From: a virus | Lineage: Duplodnaviria > Caudoviricetes | Virus record (IMG/VR): IMGVR_UViG_3300023100_000007 | Span: 1-28,412 of that record | DNA length: 28,412 bases | Strand: one strand, 5' to 3' | Part shown: positions 6,441 through 14,687 of the stretch, piece by piece | Numbering within the stretch: position 1 is the first letter of the stretch | How the letters are laid out: every line of letters starts with the position of its first letter | Program-made: the position numbers and the translations under genes | The notes under the pieces: model-generated | Database searches by the model: none | What the model was told of the DNA's origin: nothing | What the model saw: the letters and a program-made list of their open reading frames with translations, nothing else

Positions 6441-6637
6441 TTCCCTCTCTTTCGTCGTTGAAGTTCTTTCTTCATCATCTCGCCCTCAGCCTTATACATC
6501 CTAGCCTCGTGCAAAATATCTTGAACGTCATAGCCTTGCCGATGAATCTCGAAGACTGACTTGGCTAGTTCTCTACTTAGACGCATGACGATTTCTAGTT
6601 CATCGTCTGTGTACTGGCTAAACCTTGGCGATTTCAT
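6437..6637 (-). CDS. hypothetical protein
   Basis: 66 aa; overlaps both neighbours in the operon. Confidence 0.65.
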   Translation of the reverse strand: MKSPRFSQYTDDELEIVMRLSRELAKSVFEIHRQGYDVQDILHEARMYKAEGEMMKKELQRRKRGK

Positions 6638-6884
6638 TTTCTACCAATCGAGCATATCCCGAAATGTCATGCCAATTGTCGGCGTACATAGGATCACCAC
6701 AAACCGCACGCGCCATCTTGTTGCAGATCATGCGCAGCGCTTCAATATGGTAAGCATGGAATCCCTCGCGCCCTTCCATGCGCTCGCATAAGACCCCGAA
6801 CAAATCTATCGTCACGTGAGAAACATCAACAAAGCTACCATAGCGGCTAGCGCGCTCTTCCAGAGTTGAATCTACGTTATTCAT
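6618..6884 (-). CDS. DUF6378-like protein
   Basis: [12 protein letters not shown]...[25 protein letters not shown] signature. Confidence 0.8.
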   Translation of the reverse strand: MNNVDSTLEERASRYGSFVDVSHVTIDLFGVLCERMEGREGFHAYHIEALRMICNKMARAVCGDPMYADNWHDISGYARLVENEIAKV

Positions 6885-7243
6885 GGGCCTCCCGTAATCC
6901 TGATCCGAACCTCTCCACCCTTCACAACTTCATTCTTCACAAATGGATGCGAGATGAAGCGCTTGTCATCGATCTTTAGTGCATCCGCAATGCCATCCCG
7001 GTACGCTTTGCAGCGGCTAAGCATGTTGTCATCATCTGGCATCCGCTTGGTGGGCGGGTAGAAGTCAATCCAGATATGAAGCCGCCCTTCCGGCAGCTCC
7101 ATTTTATGCCATTCCGCCTCTTGTGTCTTAAAAAATGCAAAGGTTCTTGCAATCTTTACGGCTTTGGCCTTCCTAGCCCAATGAATTCTGGAATTAGGGG
7201 ACATGTCTTTGTCAGGCCATGGGAGGCGCAGTTCACTTAGCAC
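6881..7243 (-). CDS. rusA: RusA-like Holliday junction endonuclease
   Basis: LPWP...SPNSRIHW...FYPP.KR.PDDDN...K...[14 protein letters not shown]; start refined to GTG 7243. Confidence 0.8.
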   Translation of the reverse strand: MLSELRLPWPDKDMSPNSRIHWARKAKAVKIARTFAFFKTQEAEWHKMELPEGRLHIWIDFYPPTKRMPDDDNMLSRCKAYRDGIADALKIDDKRFISHPFVKNEVVKGGEVRIRITGGP

Positions 7244-7406
7244 TCTTCTTACTCCGTTGTGCATCCTCAAACCGCCAGCCTTCTCGCCATTTCTTCCTTC
7301 GCTCTGCATCCTCTGGAAGAATGCCGTACTTAGGCCCATCCGACTCAGACGCGCCACGCTCTCTGGCATAGCGGCCTGCTTGGTAGGCTTGGTCTAGCTC
7401 GTTCAC
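7233..7406 (-). CDS. Rmf (ribosome modulation factor)-fold small protein
   Basis: 57 aa [28 protein letters not shown]...RKKWREGWR resembles Rmf (A..RGYQAG..GRS...PY....R.QWLGGWR); not in the ORF track. Confidence 0.65.
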   Translation of the reverse strand: MNELDQAYQAGRYARERGASESDGPKYGILPEDAERRKKWREGWRFEDAQRSKKSAK

Positions 7407-7678
7407 CAGTCAGAACCGCAGAGCCAATCAGCATTTTTCATCTGACTCAACAATTTTCGAATCGTAGTTGCACCGCCTGTCGCGACTTCGTTGTCATCGA
7501 ACTCAGGATATTCTTTATCAAGGTCAACATCAGTTAGCTCAATAACGTCATCAATTGAAAAAGTGGGATCAGAATCGACGCTATCACATGTGTTATTCGC
7601 CAAATACAAAGCTTGTTCGGCAGACCTAGCCGCATAGAAGTCACTATCGCCAACTGCATAAGCCTTCAAGTCACTCAT
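7403..7678 (-). CDS. hypothetical acidic phage protein
   Basis: 91 aa, AGGAGA RBS, translationally coupled. Confidence 0.75.
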   Translation of the reverse strand: MSDLKAYAVGDSDFYAARSAEQALYLANNTCDSVDSDPTFSIDDVIELTDVDLDKEYPEFDDNEVATGGATTIRKLLSQMKNADWLCGSDW

Positions 7679-8030
7679 ATCTATCTCCTAGTAGTTTATT
7701 CTGATACTCAAGAAGTTCGTCATCATTGCCTATCAATTCCCGGAACGCTCTCGGCTGCTTTGCATAGCTAGGGCCGAACATTTCCATGCACTGATCGGTT
7801 GTTAGTCCGTTGAATGGCACTCCTCGGTGGCTCCAAGGATTTAGCCCGATACTGAACTCATGCCCTCGCCGTTTAGCGCCATGTTTCCCACCTATAGTCA
7901 GATGGTGGATTTCAGCAGGCACCCAGCCTAGGTCAAGCTTATGCCCAAGGATGCAACCAAGCTCCTTGATGGCATCCAAGCGCGCAGCCTCAGCCTTGGT
8001 TGGCGTACCAGTAGACCGCCCCTGTTTCAT
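7671..8030 (-). CDS. Ref/DUF968-like HNH recombination-enhancement nuclease (degenerate Zn ligands)
   Basis: AEAARLDAIKELGC...AEIHH...RRGHEFSIGLNPWSHRG...G.DDELLEYQ. Confidence 0.7.
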   Translation of the reverse strand: MKQGRSTGTPTKAEAARLDAIKELGCILGHKLDLGWVPAEIHHLTIGGKHGAKRRGHEFSIGLNPWSHRGVPFNGLTTDQCMEMFGPSYAKQPRAFRELIGNDDELLEYQNKLLGDRYE

Positions 8031-8167
8031 CGCCCCATCCGAAGGTCAGCCCACATGCCGCAAATCCATGCTGACATTGCGCTAGCCCATACAGGTGCGT
8101 CCAGCAGATAGTAAGCCGCTGAGAATCCGACGACCATGCAAACCGCTACATAAATCTCCCGCTTCAT
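8027..8167 (-). CDS. 46-aa small membrane protein
   Basis: MKREIYVAVCMVVGFSAAYYLLDAPVWASAMSAWICGMW...; ATGA overlaps at both ends. Confidence 0.6.
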   Translation of the reverse strand: MKREIYVAVCMVVGFSAAYYLLDAPVWASAMSAWICGMWADLRMGR

Positions 8168-8358
8168 GGAGTAATCCACTTAAAGTGAGCCATGCCGCTA
8201 GCAAATCCCTCATCGAAGGCTTGCCGCTCAATCTCATCTTGGTATGGATTCCGATACACCATACCCATCAATGCTTGGCTAGTGCCTTCATTGATGATGT
8301 AAGAGTATGCCGATCCGATACGAGGGACCTTAAAGTCTACTTGCACAACGCTCTCCAT
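8164..8358 (-). CDS. second Rmf-like small protein
   Basis: EG..QA.MG...RNPY.....RQAFDEGF pattern. Confidence 0.5.
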   Translation of the reverse strand: MESVVQVDFKVPRIGSAYSYIINEGTSQALMGMVYRNPYQDEIERQAFDEGFASGMAHFKWITP

Positions 8359-8516
8359 TCTTCCACCTTTTGTTCATAGTAGCTAATGCGATCTTCACGA
8401 ACCACCCCGTAAAAGGATGGGTCAGTCCTAGCCGCCTCTAGCTGGCGCTCCCATGCGTCTAGCATCCGCTGCGGGCTGTGGTCGAAAATGTCTAAGTTTC
8501 GGCCTTCGGATCGCAT
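8337..8516 (-). CDS. 59-aa hypothetical protein (MRSEGRNLDIFDHSPQRM...)
   Basis: AGGA RBS; fills the operon gap. Confidence 0.6.
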   Translation of the reverse strand: MRSEGRNLDIFDHSPQRMLDAWERQLEAARTDPSFYGVVREDRISYYEQKVEEWRALCK

Positions 8517-8517
8517 G

Positions 8518-8730
8518 TCAATTTCCTGGAAAAACTATGTACTCCATAGTCGGCTTGTCCGGTCGATTGTCATGAACCCATCCATCAGCGCGTGGATGAC
8601 ATAGCTCGGATATTTCAATTTCGGAAACCTCCATCAAAACAAACTCGCTGAAGCAGCGGTATGCTACAGGCAAGTCTTGCCTCTGATTCTTAAGAAAATC
8701 AATCAAATCTGAAACCGTAATAGCTTTCAT
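8518..8730 (-). CDS. hypothetical phage protein
   Basis: Start refined to MKAITVSDLIDFLK (ATG 8730); GGAGGA upstream. Confidence 0.7.
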   Translation of the reverse strand: MKAITVSDLIDFLKNQRQDLPVAYRCFSEFVLMEVSEIEISELCHPRADGWVHDNRPDKPTMEYIVFPGN

Positions 8731-9113
8731 CCCAGTTCCTCCATTAGATTTACGTTGAACCCCATCCCAATCAATGCAGTCCTGCACCATCTAACCGGCT
8801 TGCAATCTAGCCCCTGCTCATCGGGATGGTCGCCAATCTGGATAGCCATTGTAATGGCGTCAGATGCCTGTGACTTACTTAAATCCTTACTGCTTCCGCC
8901 CAAGTAGATCAACCCCGGCGAGCCATTGCCGGTGTCGATTCCAGGCAACATCCGCCAACCCAGCACAGTACCGCTCAGCATATGCCGCCAATCATCCTTG
9001 GATAGCTTATTGCCGTGCCACTTAAATTGGTTTGCCAAATCGCCGCAGATACAGTTGAGCATCTTTCGTTGCTCATCCGTCATCTTGGTTTGACCTTCTT
9101 CTTTCCAGTTCAT
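8727..9113 (-). CDS. ninB: NinB/Orf-like recombination protein
   Basis: EQRKMLNCICGDLANQFKWHGNKLSKDDWR...PGID...LGGSSKDLSKSQASDAI; start refined to 9113. Confidence 0.75.
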   Translation of the reverse strand: MNWKEEGQTKMTDEQRKMLNCICGDLANQFKWHGNKLSKDDWRHMLSGTVLGWRMLPGIDTGNGSPGLIYLGGSSKDLSKSQASDAITMAIQIGDHPDEQGLDCKPVRWCRTALIGMGFNVNLMEELG

Positions 9114-9310
9114 GCCGCCGCCGCATTCCAAAGCATTTTCACGACGATAGCCAGGCAGACGATTACAAACCAAGTCGTCAGCCGTTCCTTGATCTTGGCT
9201 TTCCGTGCTTTCCTCTCATGAATTTCCTTCCATGCCGCTGCACGGTCTACGTCAGCGTGAGTCTCGATGCGAATGTCGGTGTATCTGTCTACGTGGCGAT
9301 TAGACCGCAT
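9110..9310 (-). CDS. small protein with a C-terminal TM
   Basis: MRSNRHVDRY...WFVIVCLAIVVKMLW; start refined to 9310. Confidence 0.6.
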   Translation of the reverse strand: MRSNRHVDRYTDIRIETHADVDRAAAWKEIHERKARKAKIKERLTTWFVIVCLAIVVKMLWNAAAA

Positions 9311-9524
9311 GATAAGAATCTCCACGACCGTATCCCATGTACGCCTCAAGCATATCAATTGCTTTGGCGTCATCAGCATAGAAAAATTCAGGCCACCCAG
9401 CGCCGTCAATGCCGCGCTGACCGTACTTGTTCCACACGAACTGACCGATGCGAATGCTCTTATCACGCTCATTGATTTCAGAAATCAACTTGCTCCACTC
9501 AGGAATCCCAATCAAACGTGCCAT
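9300..9524 (-). CDS. hypothetical protein
   Basis: 74 aa, GGGAGAG RBS, downstream of a GTTCYA promoter. Confidence 0.7.
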   Translation of the reverse strand: MARLIGIPEWSKLISEINERDKSIRIGQFVWNKYGQRGIDGAGWPEFFYADDAKAIDMLEAYMGYGRGDSYHAV

Positions 9525-9559
9525 CTCACTCTCCCGTTAGGCCGCTGCCCGATGACTAC

Positions 9560-9624
9560 ATACTACGCCCGTTCCATCATCGGATAAACATCACTTGTAG
9601 AACGATCAACATCATGGATGGAAC
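9560..9624 (-). promoter_or_regulatory. GTTCYA double-box promoter
   Basis: GTTCCA (9624-9619), GTTCTA (9603-9598), -10 TAGTAT (9565-9560); near-identical to the 4156-4184 copy. Confidence 0.7.
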
Positions 9625-9626
9625 GA

Positions 9627-9872
9627 TCAAATTGACATATTCTCAGCAACCAGCTCAAGCGCCTTTTCAGTCTGAACTAGTACAGTCTTGTACTCCTTGG
9701 CCTTTTGCCTAAATTCTTCGACCGTCGCCACGTATTTAGACCCATGACTTGTGGTTTCAATCCAGCGGTTGCCTGCCTGATCCTCAACGACCCATGCCTC
9801 ATTGTCCATTTCCCAGCCTTCATGGAGGACTGTGAACGTGTATATTTTCTTTCCTTCCAATTTCGTATTCAT
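9627..9872 (-). CDS. hypothetical protein
   Basis: MNTKLEGKKIYTF...; start refined to 9872, coupled to the upstream gene. Confidence 0.7.
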   Translation of the reverse strand: MNTKLEGKKIYTFTVLHEGWEMDNEAWVVEDQAGNRWIETTSHGSKYVATVEEFRQKAKEYKTVLVQTEKALELVAENMSI

Positions 9873-10066
9873 AGACTCACCACATAGTCGCTTATAGGGG
9901 TGCCACGCCAGCCACGGAACGCCCAAGGGATGCGCTGCTCAGCCAGTGGACGAGGCTTGGCTAGGCGAAGCTTGATGATGCGCTCGCTGTAGCCGACTGC
10001 TAGGGCGATTTCCTGTACTGAGCAGCGCTCAGAGGTTAGGAATCTGATTGCTTCTGCCTTGGTCAC
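9869..10066 (-). CDS. small HTH-like protein
   Basis: SVQEIALAVGYSERIIK HTH-like motif. Confidence 0.55.
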   Translation of the reverse strand: MTKAEAIRFLTSERCSVQEIALAVGYSERIIKLRLAKPRPLAEQRIPWAFRGWRGTPISDYVVSL

Positions 10067-10311
10067 TTGACCTCCGGGCCAGTTGAAATAAGTTGTTCAC
10101 TAATCCAATCGACTACCGCCTCAGCACTCACGCCTTCGCCTACAAAGTCCCTAGCTTGAAGAAGGATATCTTCTACATATGAAAGCTCAACCCAGCCATC
10201 AAAAGAATCAGAACAGCTAACCAGCCCTTGAGGGCCAGGATCATGCGACAACAATCCTTCAAGCATTCGACGGTTATAACGATGCCACCAATTCCTAATA
10301 GGACTCAGCAT
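10063..10311 (-). CDS. hypothetical protein
   Basis: 82 aa, coupled at both ends. Confidence 0.65.
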   Translation of the reverse strand: MLSPIRNWWHRYNRRMLEGLLSHDPGPQGLVSCSDSFDGWVELSYVEDILLQARDFVGEGVSAEAVVDWISEQLISTGPEVK

Positions 10312-10727
10312 TACGCTTCTCCTTCACGGAACGGCGTGCCCGCATACAGTGGCATGTACATGCGGCCACTGCCGTCCTCTACATCCCAAACCAGTTGATC
10401 GTCTTCCCACTCAGCCCACTTCTCTATAAATGCGATTGGCTTACCAGCGGGCGGCCTGTCGTAAAGTGGCATAGGCATTTTCGCAGGGTCACCCATCCAT
10501 TGCAGCCAATGCATTCCAGTTTCAGGGTCCATGTGAGCATGCGCAACGGGAACCAACTTGGCAGCATCCAATTCGCCGTCGATCAGCTTCTGCAAATAAG
10601 GCCGCATCTGTGTATCCCACGCTTCCTTTGGTGAAATAGCCTGCGCTCCCATACCCATCATGCCCGCAAGCTCGTAGAACGCCTCCACGTACCCATGCAT
10701 CTCTGAGTTATTCTCAATATCACTCAT
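10311..10727 (-). CDS. hypothetical protein (P[VI]A...PLY repeat type)
   Basis: 138 aa with two PVA/PIA...PLY modules typical of phage accessory proteins. Confidence 0.7.
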   Translation of the reverse strand: MSDIENNSEMHGYVEAFYELAGMMGMGAQAISPKEAWDTQMRPYLQKLIDGELDAAKLVPVAHAHMDPETGMHWLQWMGDPAKMPMPLYDRPPAGKPIAFIEKWAEWEDDQLVWDVEDGSGRMYMPLYAGTPFREGEA

Positions 10728-11014
10728 GCCACCACCACTCCAAGGTTATCCATCAGTTCGGCAAAGCTGAATTCGGAAGGTTGTGCGCCTTCGGGGAGGA
10801 TTGGTTCAAGCTGGCATAAAAACTGTGGCGAAATACCTCCACGATCCCAGATTACAACACAATCCGATTCCATCGCAGTACGCATAAAAGTACCCGGGAC
10901 AGGTGCTCCGATTGGCAGGTAGCAAATAGCCGAAATCCTACCCTCAATGCCAAAATTTGAAGGGAAATGCGGCCTAACTAATCTAACGCGCTGACCAACA
11001 AATTTACTCACCAT
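10724..11014 (-). CDS. hypothetical SH3-like phage protein
   Basis: KFVGQRVRLV...G.EGRI...V.WD...LEPILP. Confidence 0.65.
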   Translation of the reverse strand: MVSKFVGQRVRLVRPHFPSNFGIEGRISAICYLPIGAPVPGTFMRTAMESDCVVIWDRGGISPQFLCQLEPILPEGAQPSEFSFAELMDNLGVVVA

Positions 11015-11343
11015 TTCAAAGCCTCTCCCAATTCATCAATCATCTTCTGCACCTTTGCCTGATCTACTGGCTTGGGTGGCAGCGCCTTTAGCTGCGGACG
11101 CGGCGGCATAGAATCTACGAACTGCTTAGGCGTGGGCCACTGCGTACACTCAGCCATCATGCTCAAGAAAGCGTGGCGGAACCTGGGGCCATCCATCTGC
11201 TGATCCCACACCCGATTGTGCTTTACGGCTGCGGTCCATGCCATGAGCGTGCCTTGCATCATATCCGGCGGTGGTGCCCAAGGCAGGCCGATGCACATCA
11301 ATTGCATCAGGCCGTGCTTCAGTTCTTTTTCGATCCAGTCCAT
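11008..11343 (-). CDS. putative helicase loader/inhibitor (lambda P / G39P-like position and motif)
   Basis: Directly after the initiator; ...W......AF......QWPTPKQF motif. Confidence 0.55.
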   Translation of the reverse strand: MDWIEKELKHGLMQLMCIGLPWAPPPDMMQGTLMAWTAAVKHNRVWDQQMDGPRFRHAFLSMMAECTQWPTPKQFVDSMPPRPQLKALPPKPVDQAKVQKMIDELGEALKW

Positions 11344-11734
11344 TCATTCCACCCATCTGCATTAGTGCCTGCATCTGCTTGCTAGGCTGCTGTCGTGCGG
11401 CTATCGGTGCTGCCTGCGGTACGTCAGTCCATCGCTTCTGATTGAGGTACGTCGATCCCATTGGAGCATAGCCGCGCTGCCAGCCGTCATCTTGGTCAAT
11501 CATCAGGTAGACATGCTGGATGATCGTGTCGGCCATGTCATCCAGGCTATCAGCCTTCCATCGCTTCTCAGCCTCAGCCTTACCCTTCTTGTTAGGGTAG
11601 GCGGTCCAGAAATCTCCGAAGCGCTTAGCCATCACTGGCTTCTTCTTTCGCAGGCTTGCCAATTCCTGTTCCAACTCTACTACTCGGGCCTCTAGTTCCT
11701 CGTAGCTTGGCTTGGCGTCGAATAGGTTCATCAA
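11150..11734 (-). CDS. phage replication initiator, C-terminal domain only
   Basis: FGDFWTAYPNKKGKAEAEKRW...YAPMGSTYLNQKRWTD motif; N-terminus is a short coiled coil rather than an HTH. Confidence 0.7.
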   Translation of the reverse strand: MMNLFDAKPSYEELEARVVELEQELASLRKKKPVMAKRFGDFWTAYPNKKGKAEAEKRWKADSLDDMADTIIQHVYLMIDQDDGWQRGYAPMGSTYLNQKRWTDVPQAAPIAARQQPSKQMQALMQMGGMNGLDRKRTEARPDAIDVHRPALGTTAGYDARHAHGMDRSRKAQSGVGSADGWPQVPPRFLEHDG

Positions 11735-12687
11735 TAACGACTCGCACTGTAGACCTCTGCAATCCGCTGGTAGTCCGCCATAAGCTCAGCATCATCTACC
11801 ATCCCATAGATCACGTCATAGCTGTATTCCATATCTCGGAACACCCTGCCATCGCCTTCCCAATCTTCAATTCGGGAAGAAACGGCATCGTAAATCTCCT
11901 GATCTTCCTCGCTCTCAACCTTGAAGCCATCAAGGCCAACACGTGCCGAATCAGGGCCATCGTTCCAATCAAGGCGATTTTCCTGCATCCAGTGAGCAAG
12001 CCAAAGATACTTGTTCTTGCCGATGATAGCGCGCAGAACGTCATAGACCGTATCTTCAACATCGCACTTGTACTTCACGCGCATGTGAACGATAAGCGCA
12101 TCATCTTTGATCTTCTTTTTAGCCGCAGCTTCTTCCCGCTCCTTTTGAGCTAGACCAGCAACTTTCTTGGCGTGGTACTCCTTAGCTTGCTGCTTTGCCC
12201 GTGCAGCACTTGCAATGGCCGCGTCATAGCAATCAGAAAGGATCACATTACGGCTCAAGTCACCCAGGTAACCAGCATTACGCGTGTTGTACTTCGGGCG
12301 CTGCGCACGCGAACTGTAGTCGCGCTCCTGATACGTTAGCGGAATACCAAGCTCACGCATGATTAGGCTTACTTTGGAAGTAATGGCCTGATTGTTAGCA
12401 ATTGCCACTTCATTTGACTTATGGACTTGCTTGATGGCCTCAACCTTGCCATCAACCTCAGCGTTAAACGCATCAAGCGAACGATTCCAGCCATCTACCG
12501 TCGTCGGCTCTTTCCGACTGCCCCATCCATCCCGAACTTCAAGGCTGCTGGAATTGAATTCCACGCCTTTGCAAGGCTCAACTTTCATGATTTTGGGGAT
12601 TGTCTCATCCGCTTTCTTCTTCTGAATGTCGAACATGTGCTGAGCCTGAGCCAGAACATCAGCAAACGTGTCGCCAGCAATAATCAT
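11731..12687 (-). CDS. conserved hypothetical phage protein (~318 aa)
   Basis: Long ORF; start refined to ATG 12687 with GGAGAG RBS. Confidence 0.8.
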   Translation of the reverse strand: MIIAGDTFADVLAQAQHMFDIQKKKADETIPKIMKVEPCKGVEFNSSSLEVRDGWGSRKEPTTVDGWNRSLDAFNAEVDGKVEAIKQVHKSNEVAIANNQAITSKVSLIMRELGIPLTYQERDYSSRAQRPKYNTRNAGYLGDLSRNVILSDCYDAAIASAARAKQQAKEYHAKKVAGLAQKEREEAAAKKKIKDDALIVHMRVKYKCDVEDTVYDVLRAIIGKNKYLWLAHWMQENRLDWNDGPDSARVGLDGFKVESEEDQEIYDAVSSRIEDWEGDGRVFRDMEYSYDVIYGMVDDAELMADYQRIAEVYSASRY

Positions 12688-12712
12688 CACACTCTCCGTT
12701 GTTGGTGAACCC

Positions 12713-12778
12713 ATCGTCCTCTTGTCTGGACGTTCGATCAACAGTCGATTTGGAACACATCGTTGCTACTTTTGGAAC
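12713..12778 (-). promoter_or_regulatory. GTTCYA double-box promoter
   Basis: GTTCCA at 12778-12773 and 12756-12751, -35 TTGATC (12741-12736), N17, -10 GACGAT (12718-12713). Confidence 0.65.
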
Positions 12779-12789
12779 ACTGCCTTTCT

Positions 12790-13196
12790 ATATTTCAGGT
12801 ATAGTTCCCCCAAGAGTGACCTAACGGGGCTTTCCCCGTAGACCATCTCCACCCACCATACCCTTAGACAATCATGGGTAGGCCAGTGTCACTAGGTGCC
12901 GATATTCGCTTCGCTCCGCGCCTTGGACCCTTTCGGGCGTCACTTGTACGCGGTCTATGCCAGTCGCTATCGGAACGCTGGTCGGCAAGCGGACGTTACC
13001 CCTACTAGCCGGTGTTTCCTGACGTGCAGCCCATGCAGGCCCATGACTAACGTGCGTCGTGACGGCAGTTAGTTGCCAGGTTCATGCGAATTGAGACAGA
13101 TAGTTGCGTTTCAGAGGGGTGGACGCGCTATAATGGCGTCGCACAACGTTGCTGAAGACAACTTGTGACAATTCGCAGGAGCTGGTAACTCGCTGC
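12790..13196 (-). ncRNA. ~400-nt structured RNA upstream of the replication genes
   Basis: ORF-free; own promoter; many hairpins (CCC-GAAA-GGG, ACGGGG/CCCCGT) and long-range helices (AGTGAC/GTCACT, TGCCGA/TCGGCA). Confidence 0.6.
13104..13134 (+). promoter_or_regulatory. promoter of an antisense RNA
   Basis: Perfect TATAAT at 13129-13134; TTGCGT 19 nt upstream (long spacer). Confidence 0.55.
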
Positions 13197-13202
13197 GGAA
13201 CC

Positions 13203-13232
13203 ATTTTACGCCGTGAGCAGTCGGCGATGCAA
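13203..13232 (-). promoter_or_regulatory. sigma70-type promoter for the structured leader
   Basis: TTGCAT-N18-TAAAAT. Confidence 0.65.
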
Positions 13233-13239
13233 TAGAGAG

Positions 13240-13265
13240 AGGCCCCGCAATGGGGCCTTTTCTTT
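13240..13265 (+). terminator. rho-independent terminator
   Basis: AGGCCCC-GCAAT-GGGGCCT-TTTCTTT. Confidence 0.75.
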
Positions 13266-13271
13266 GCCCGT

Positions 13272-13298
13272 AAAAAAGGCCGCGTCAATAGCGGCCTT
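13272..13298 (-). terminator. rho-independent terminator
   Basis: GGCCGC-TATTGAC-GCGGCC-T6, just after the stop of 13303..13626. Confidence 0.8.
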
Positions 13299-13302
13299 GG
13301 GG

Positions 13303-13626
13303 TTACACGTCGTCAGCGTCGAAAATGTCAGATGGTCGGAAGTATTTCACACACTCCCCTTGCTCAGTGACCTTGTAGTCGCAGACTTGGCCCATGTCAC
13401 ATTCATCCGTTTGGACGGCATACTCAATCTGGCATCCAGCAATGGTCAACGCGCCAATCTGTACGTACCAGTTGGTTGACTTGGCATTGGTCCGAAGGCC
13501 CAACGTCTCCTCACTAGAGTGGATGCCGTGGACAGTGCCAAACGCAGCCCTATACGTCCGACCATCAGGCGCGAAGAACCATGCGCTGGTTGTCAGAAGG
13601 TACGTCTTCCCGATTTCAATGTTCAT
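13303..13626 (-). CDS. conserved hypothetical phage protein
   Basis: 107 aa, YLLTT..WFFAPDG..YRA.FG motif. Confidence 0.8.
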   Translation of the reverse strand: MNIEIGKTYLLTTSAWFFAPDGRTYRAAFGTVHGIHSSEETLGLRTNAKSTNWYVQIGALTIAGCQIEYAVQTDECDMGQVCDYKVTEQGECVKYFRPSDIFDADDV

Positions 13627-13817
13627 CCCATCATCCCCTTCTCTCTAATCGCCTCTTCCTCAACATCCCTCAGAAGATGGCTACGGTTGGCCCCCTCACA
13701 CAGCGCCTTGATGCACGAATAGCTGAATCCTGTGCGCTCTGCTAGGTATTCACGAGGCACACCCGCCAGGTTTTGGCGTATGACCTCACGCGCTTGGTCG
13801 TCGGAGAGGCGAATCAC
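13623..13817 (-). CDS. small HTH-like protein
   Basis: GVPREYLAERTGFSYSCIKAL. Confidence 0.6.
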   Translation of the reverse strand: MIRLSDDQAREVIRQNLAGVPREYLAERTGFSYSCIKALCEGANRSHLLRDVEEEAIREKGMMG

Positions 13818-14113
13818 GTCTTAGCCGTCCACATCGGAACCTTAATCCAAACCGGCTTGAGGCTCCCATTGCTACTCTTAGCCCCAGCCGCCCCGCAGCG
13901 GATGATAAGCCCATCGCAGTTCAGGCCACGGATCACAGTGCCCATCGTGCGGCGATCCCACGGCTCTCCGACCTGAGCCACAATGTCCTTAAGCAGTTCT
14001 TCGCTGAGGAATGACTTAGCCCGGTACTTCCGGGCGATGATCTTCTTCGCAGCGGAATAGGCCACACTAGCCCAAGCTGCATTCTCCATCACTTCGGTTC
14101 CATCAATTTTCAT
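13814..14113 (-). CDS. winged-helix-like hypothetical protein
   Basis: Start refined to MKIDGTEV (GAGGAG RBS); EP.D.R..G.V motif. Confidence 0.65.
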   Translation of the reverse strand: MKIDGTEVMENAAWASVAYSAAKKIIARKYRAKSFLSEELLKDIVAQVGEPWDRRTMGTVIRGLNCDGLIIRCGAAGAKSSNGSLKPVWIKVPMWTAKT

Positions 14114-14306
14114 TACGAAGCTCCTCAATGCAGTCAAAACAGTATTTAGCCCGAACGCCACTGGCGAATACGTGAACCGTAGAAGATTCACAATAAGCAC
14201 AATCAGGCAGTGGAGTAGGCCGCTGACACCGGCTGGCGTGCTGGCGCATTGCTAGGTCGAGGAAGTAGGTTTCGGCGTCGGATGCCGCATCTGCGAAGTC
14301 GGTCAC
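14103..14306 (-). CDS. TraR/DksA C4-type zinc-finger protein
   Basis: D.ADAAS..E N-terminal acidic motif plus CAYC...YCFDC. Confidence 0.75.
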   Translation of the reverse strand: MTDFADAASDAETYFLDLAMRQHASRCQRPTPLPDCAYCESSTVHVFASGVRAKYCFDCIEELRNEN

Positions 14307-14527
14307 GGGCGCGCCTCCAAGGTGTCGAACGCCTGATCCCAGTCTGGCCCATCACAGTCTGGAATCCCAGTGTCGTACTCTGCTATGTTTTCTTCGTTGA
14401 ATGATTGTTGCCAAAGCTCATCGCTTTCCTCAAAGAAAGGCTTTCGATCAAACCAAACCCAGCGGCCATCCCCATCCATCGCCAGCCACTGCGCCCACTC
14501 CGGCGCATCATTCCAATCAGGTTTCAT
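14303..14527 (-). CDS. hypothetical phage protein (WNDAPEWAQWLAMD family)
   Basis: Recurrent phage motif; start refined to 14527. Confidence 0.75.
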   Translation of the reverse strand: MKPDWNDAPEWAQWLAMDGDGRWVWFDRKPFFEESDELWQQSFNEENIAEYDTGIPDCDGPDWDQAFDTLEARP

Positions 14528-14537
14528 CCCTCTCTCC

Positions 14538-14687
14538 TCACTTAAAAACAACGTAGGCGACTACAAGAGCCGCGACACATACCCATAGGGCGATAGTTCC
14601 AGCCTTGCTGCCACGGGGCTTGCGATAGCCTGCTGAGGCGGTGCAGTGGTCGATTGTGTGGGCTAGCATTCGGTTGGCGAGGCTCAT
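14538..14687 (-). CDS. 49-aa small membrane protein
   Basis: AGGAGA RBS; C-terminal TM IALWVCVAALVVAYVVF. Confidence 0.6.
   Translation of the reverse strand: MSLANRMLAHTIDHCTASAGYRKPRGSKAGTIALWVCVAALVVAYVVFK

Larger units (their letters stand above)
13141..13265 (+). ncRNA. ~125-nt antisense sRNA
   Basis: Lies between the TATAAT promoter and a terminator; two hairpins complementary to the 5' end of the leftward transcript. Confidence 0.55.

Noticed and set aside
12749-12780. Replication iterons (TTTGGAACAC x2)
   Set aside because: Better explained as another copy of the GTTCYA promoter repeat found across the window.
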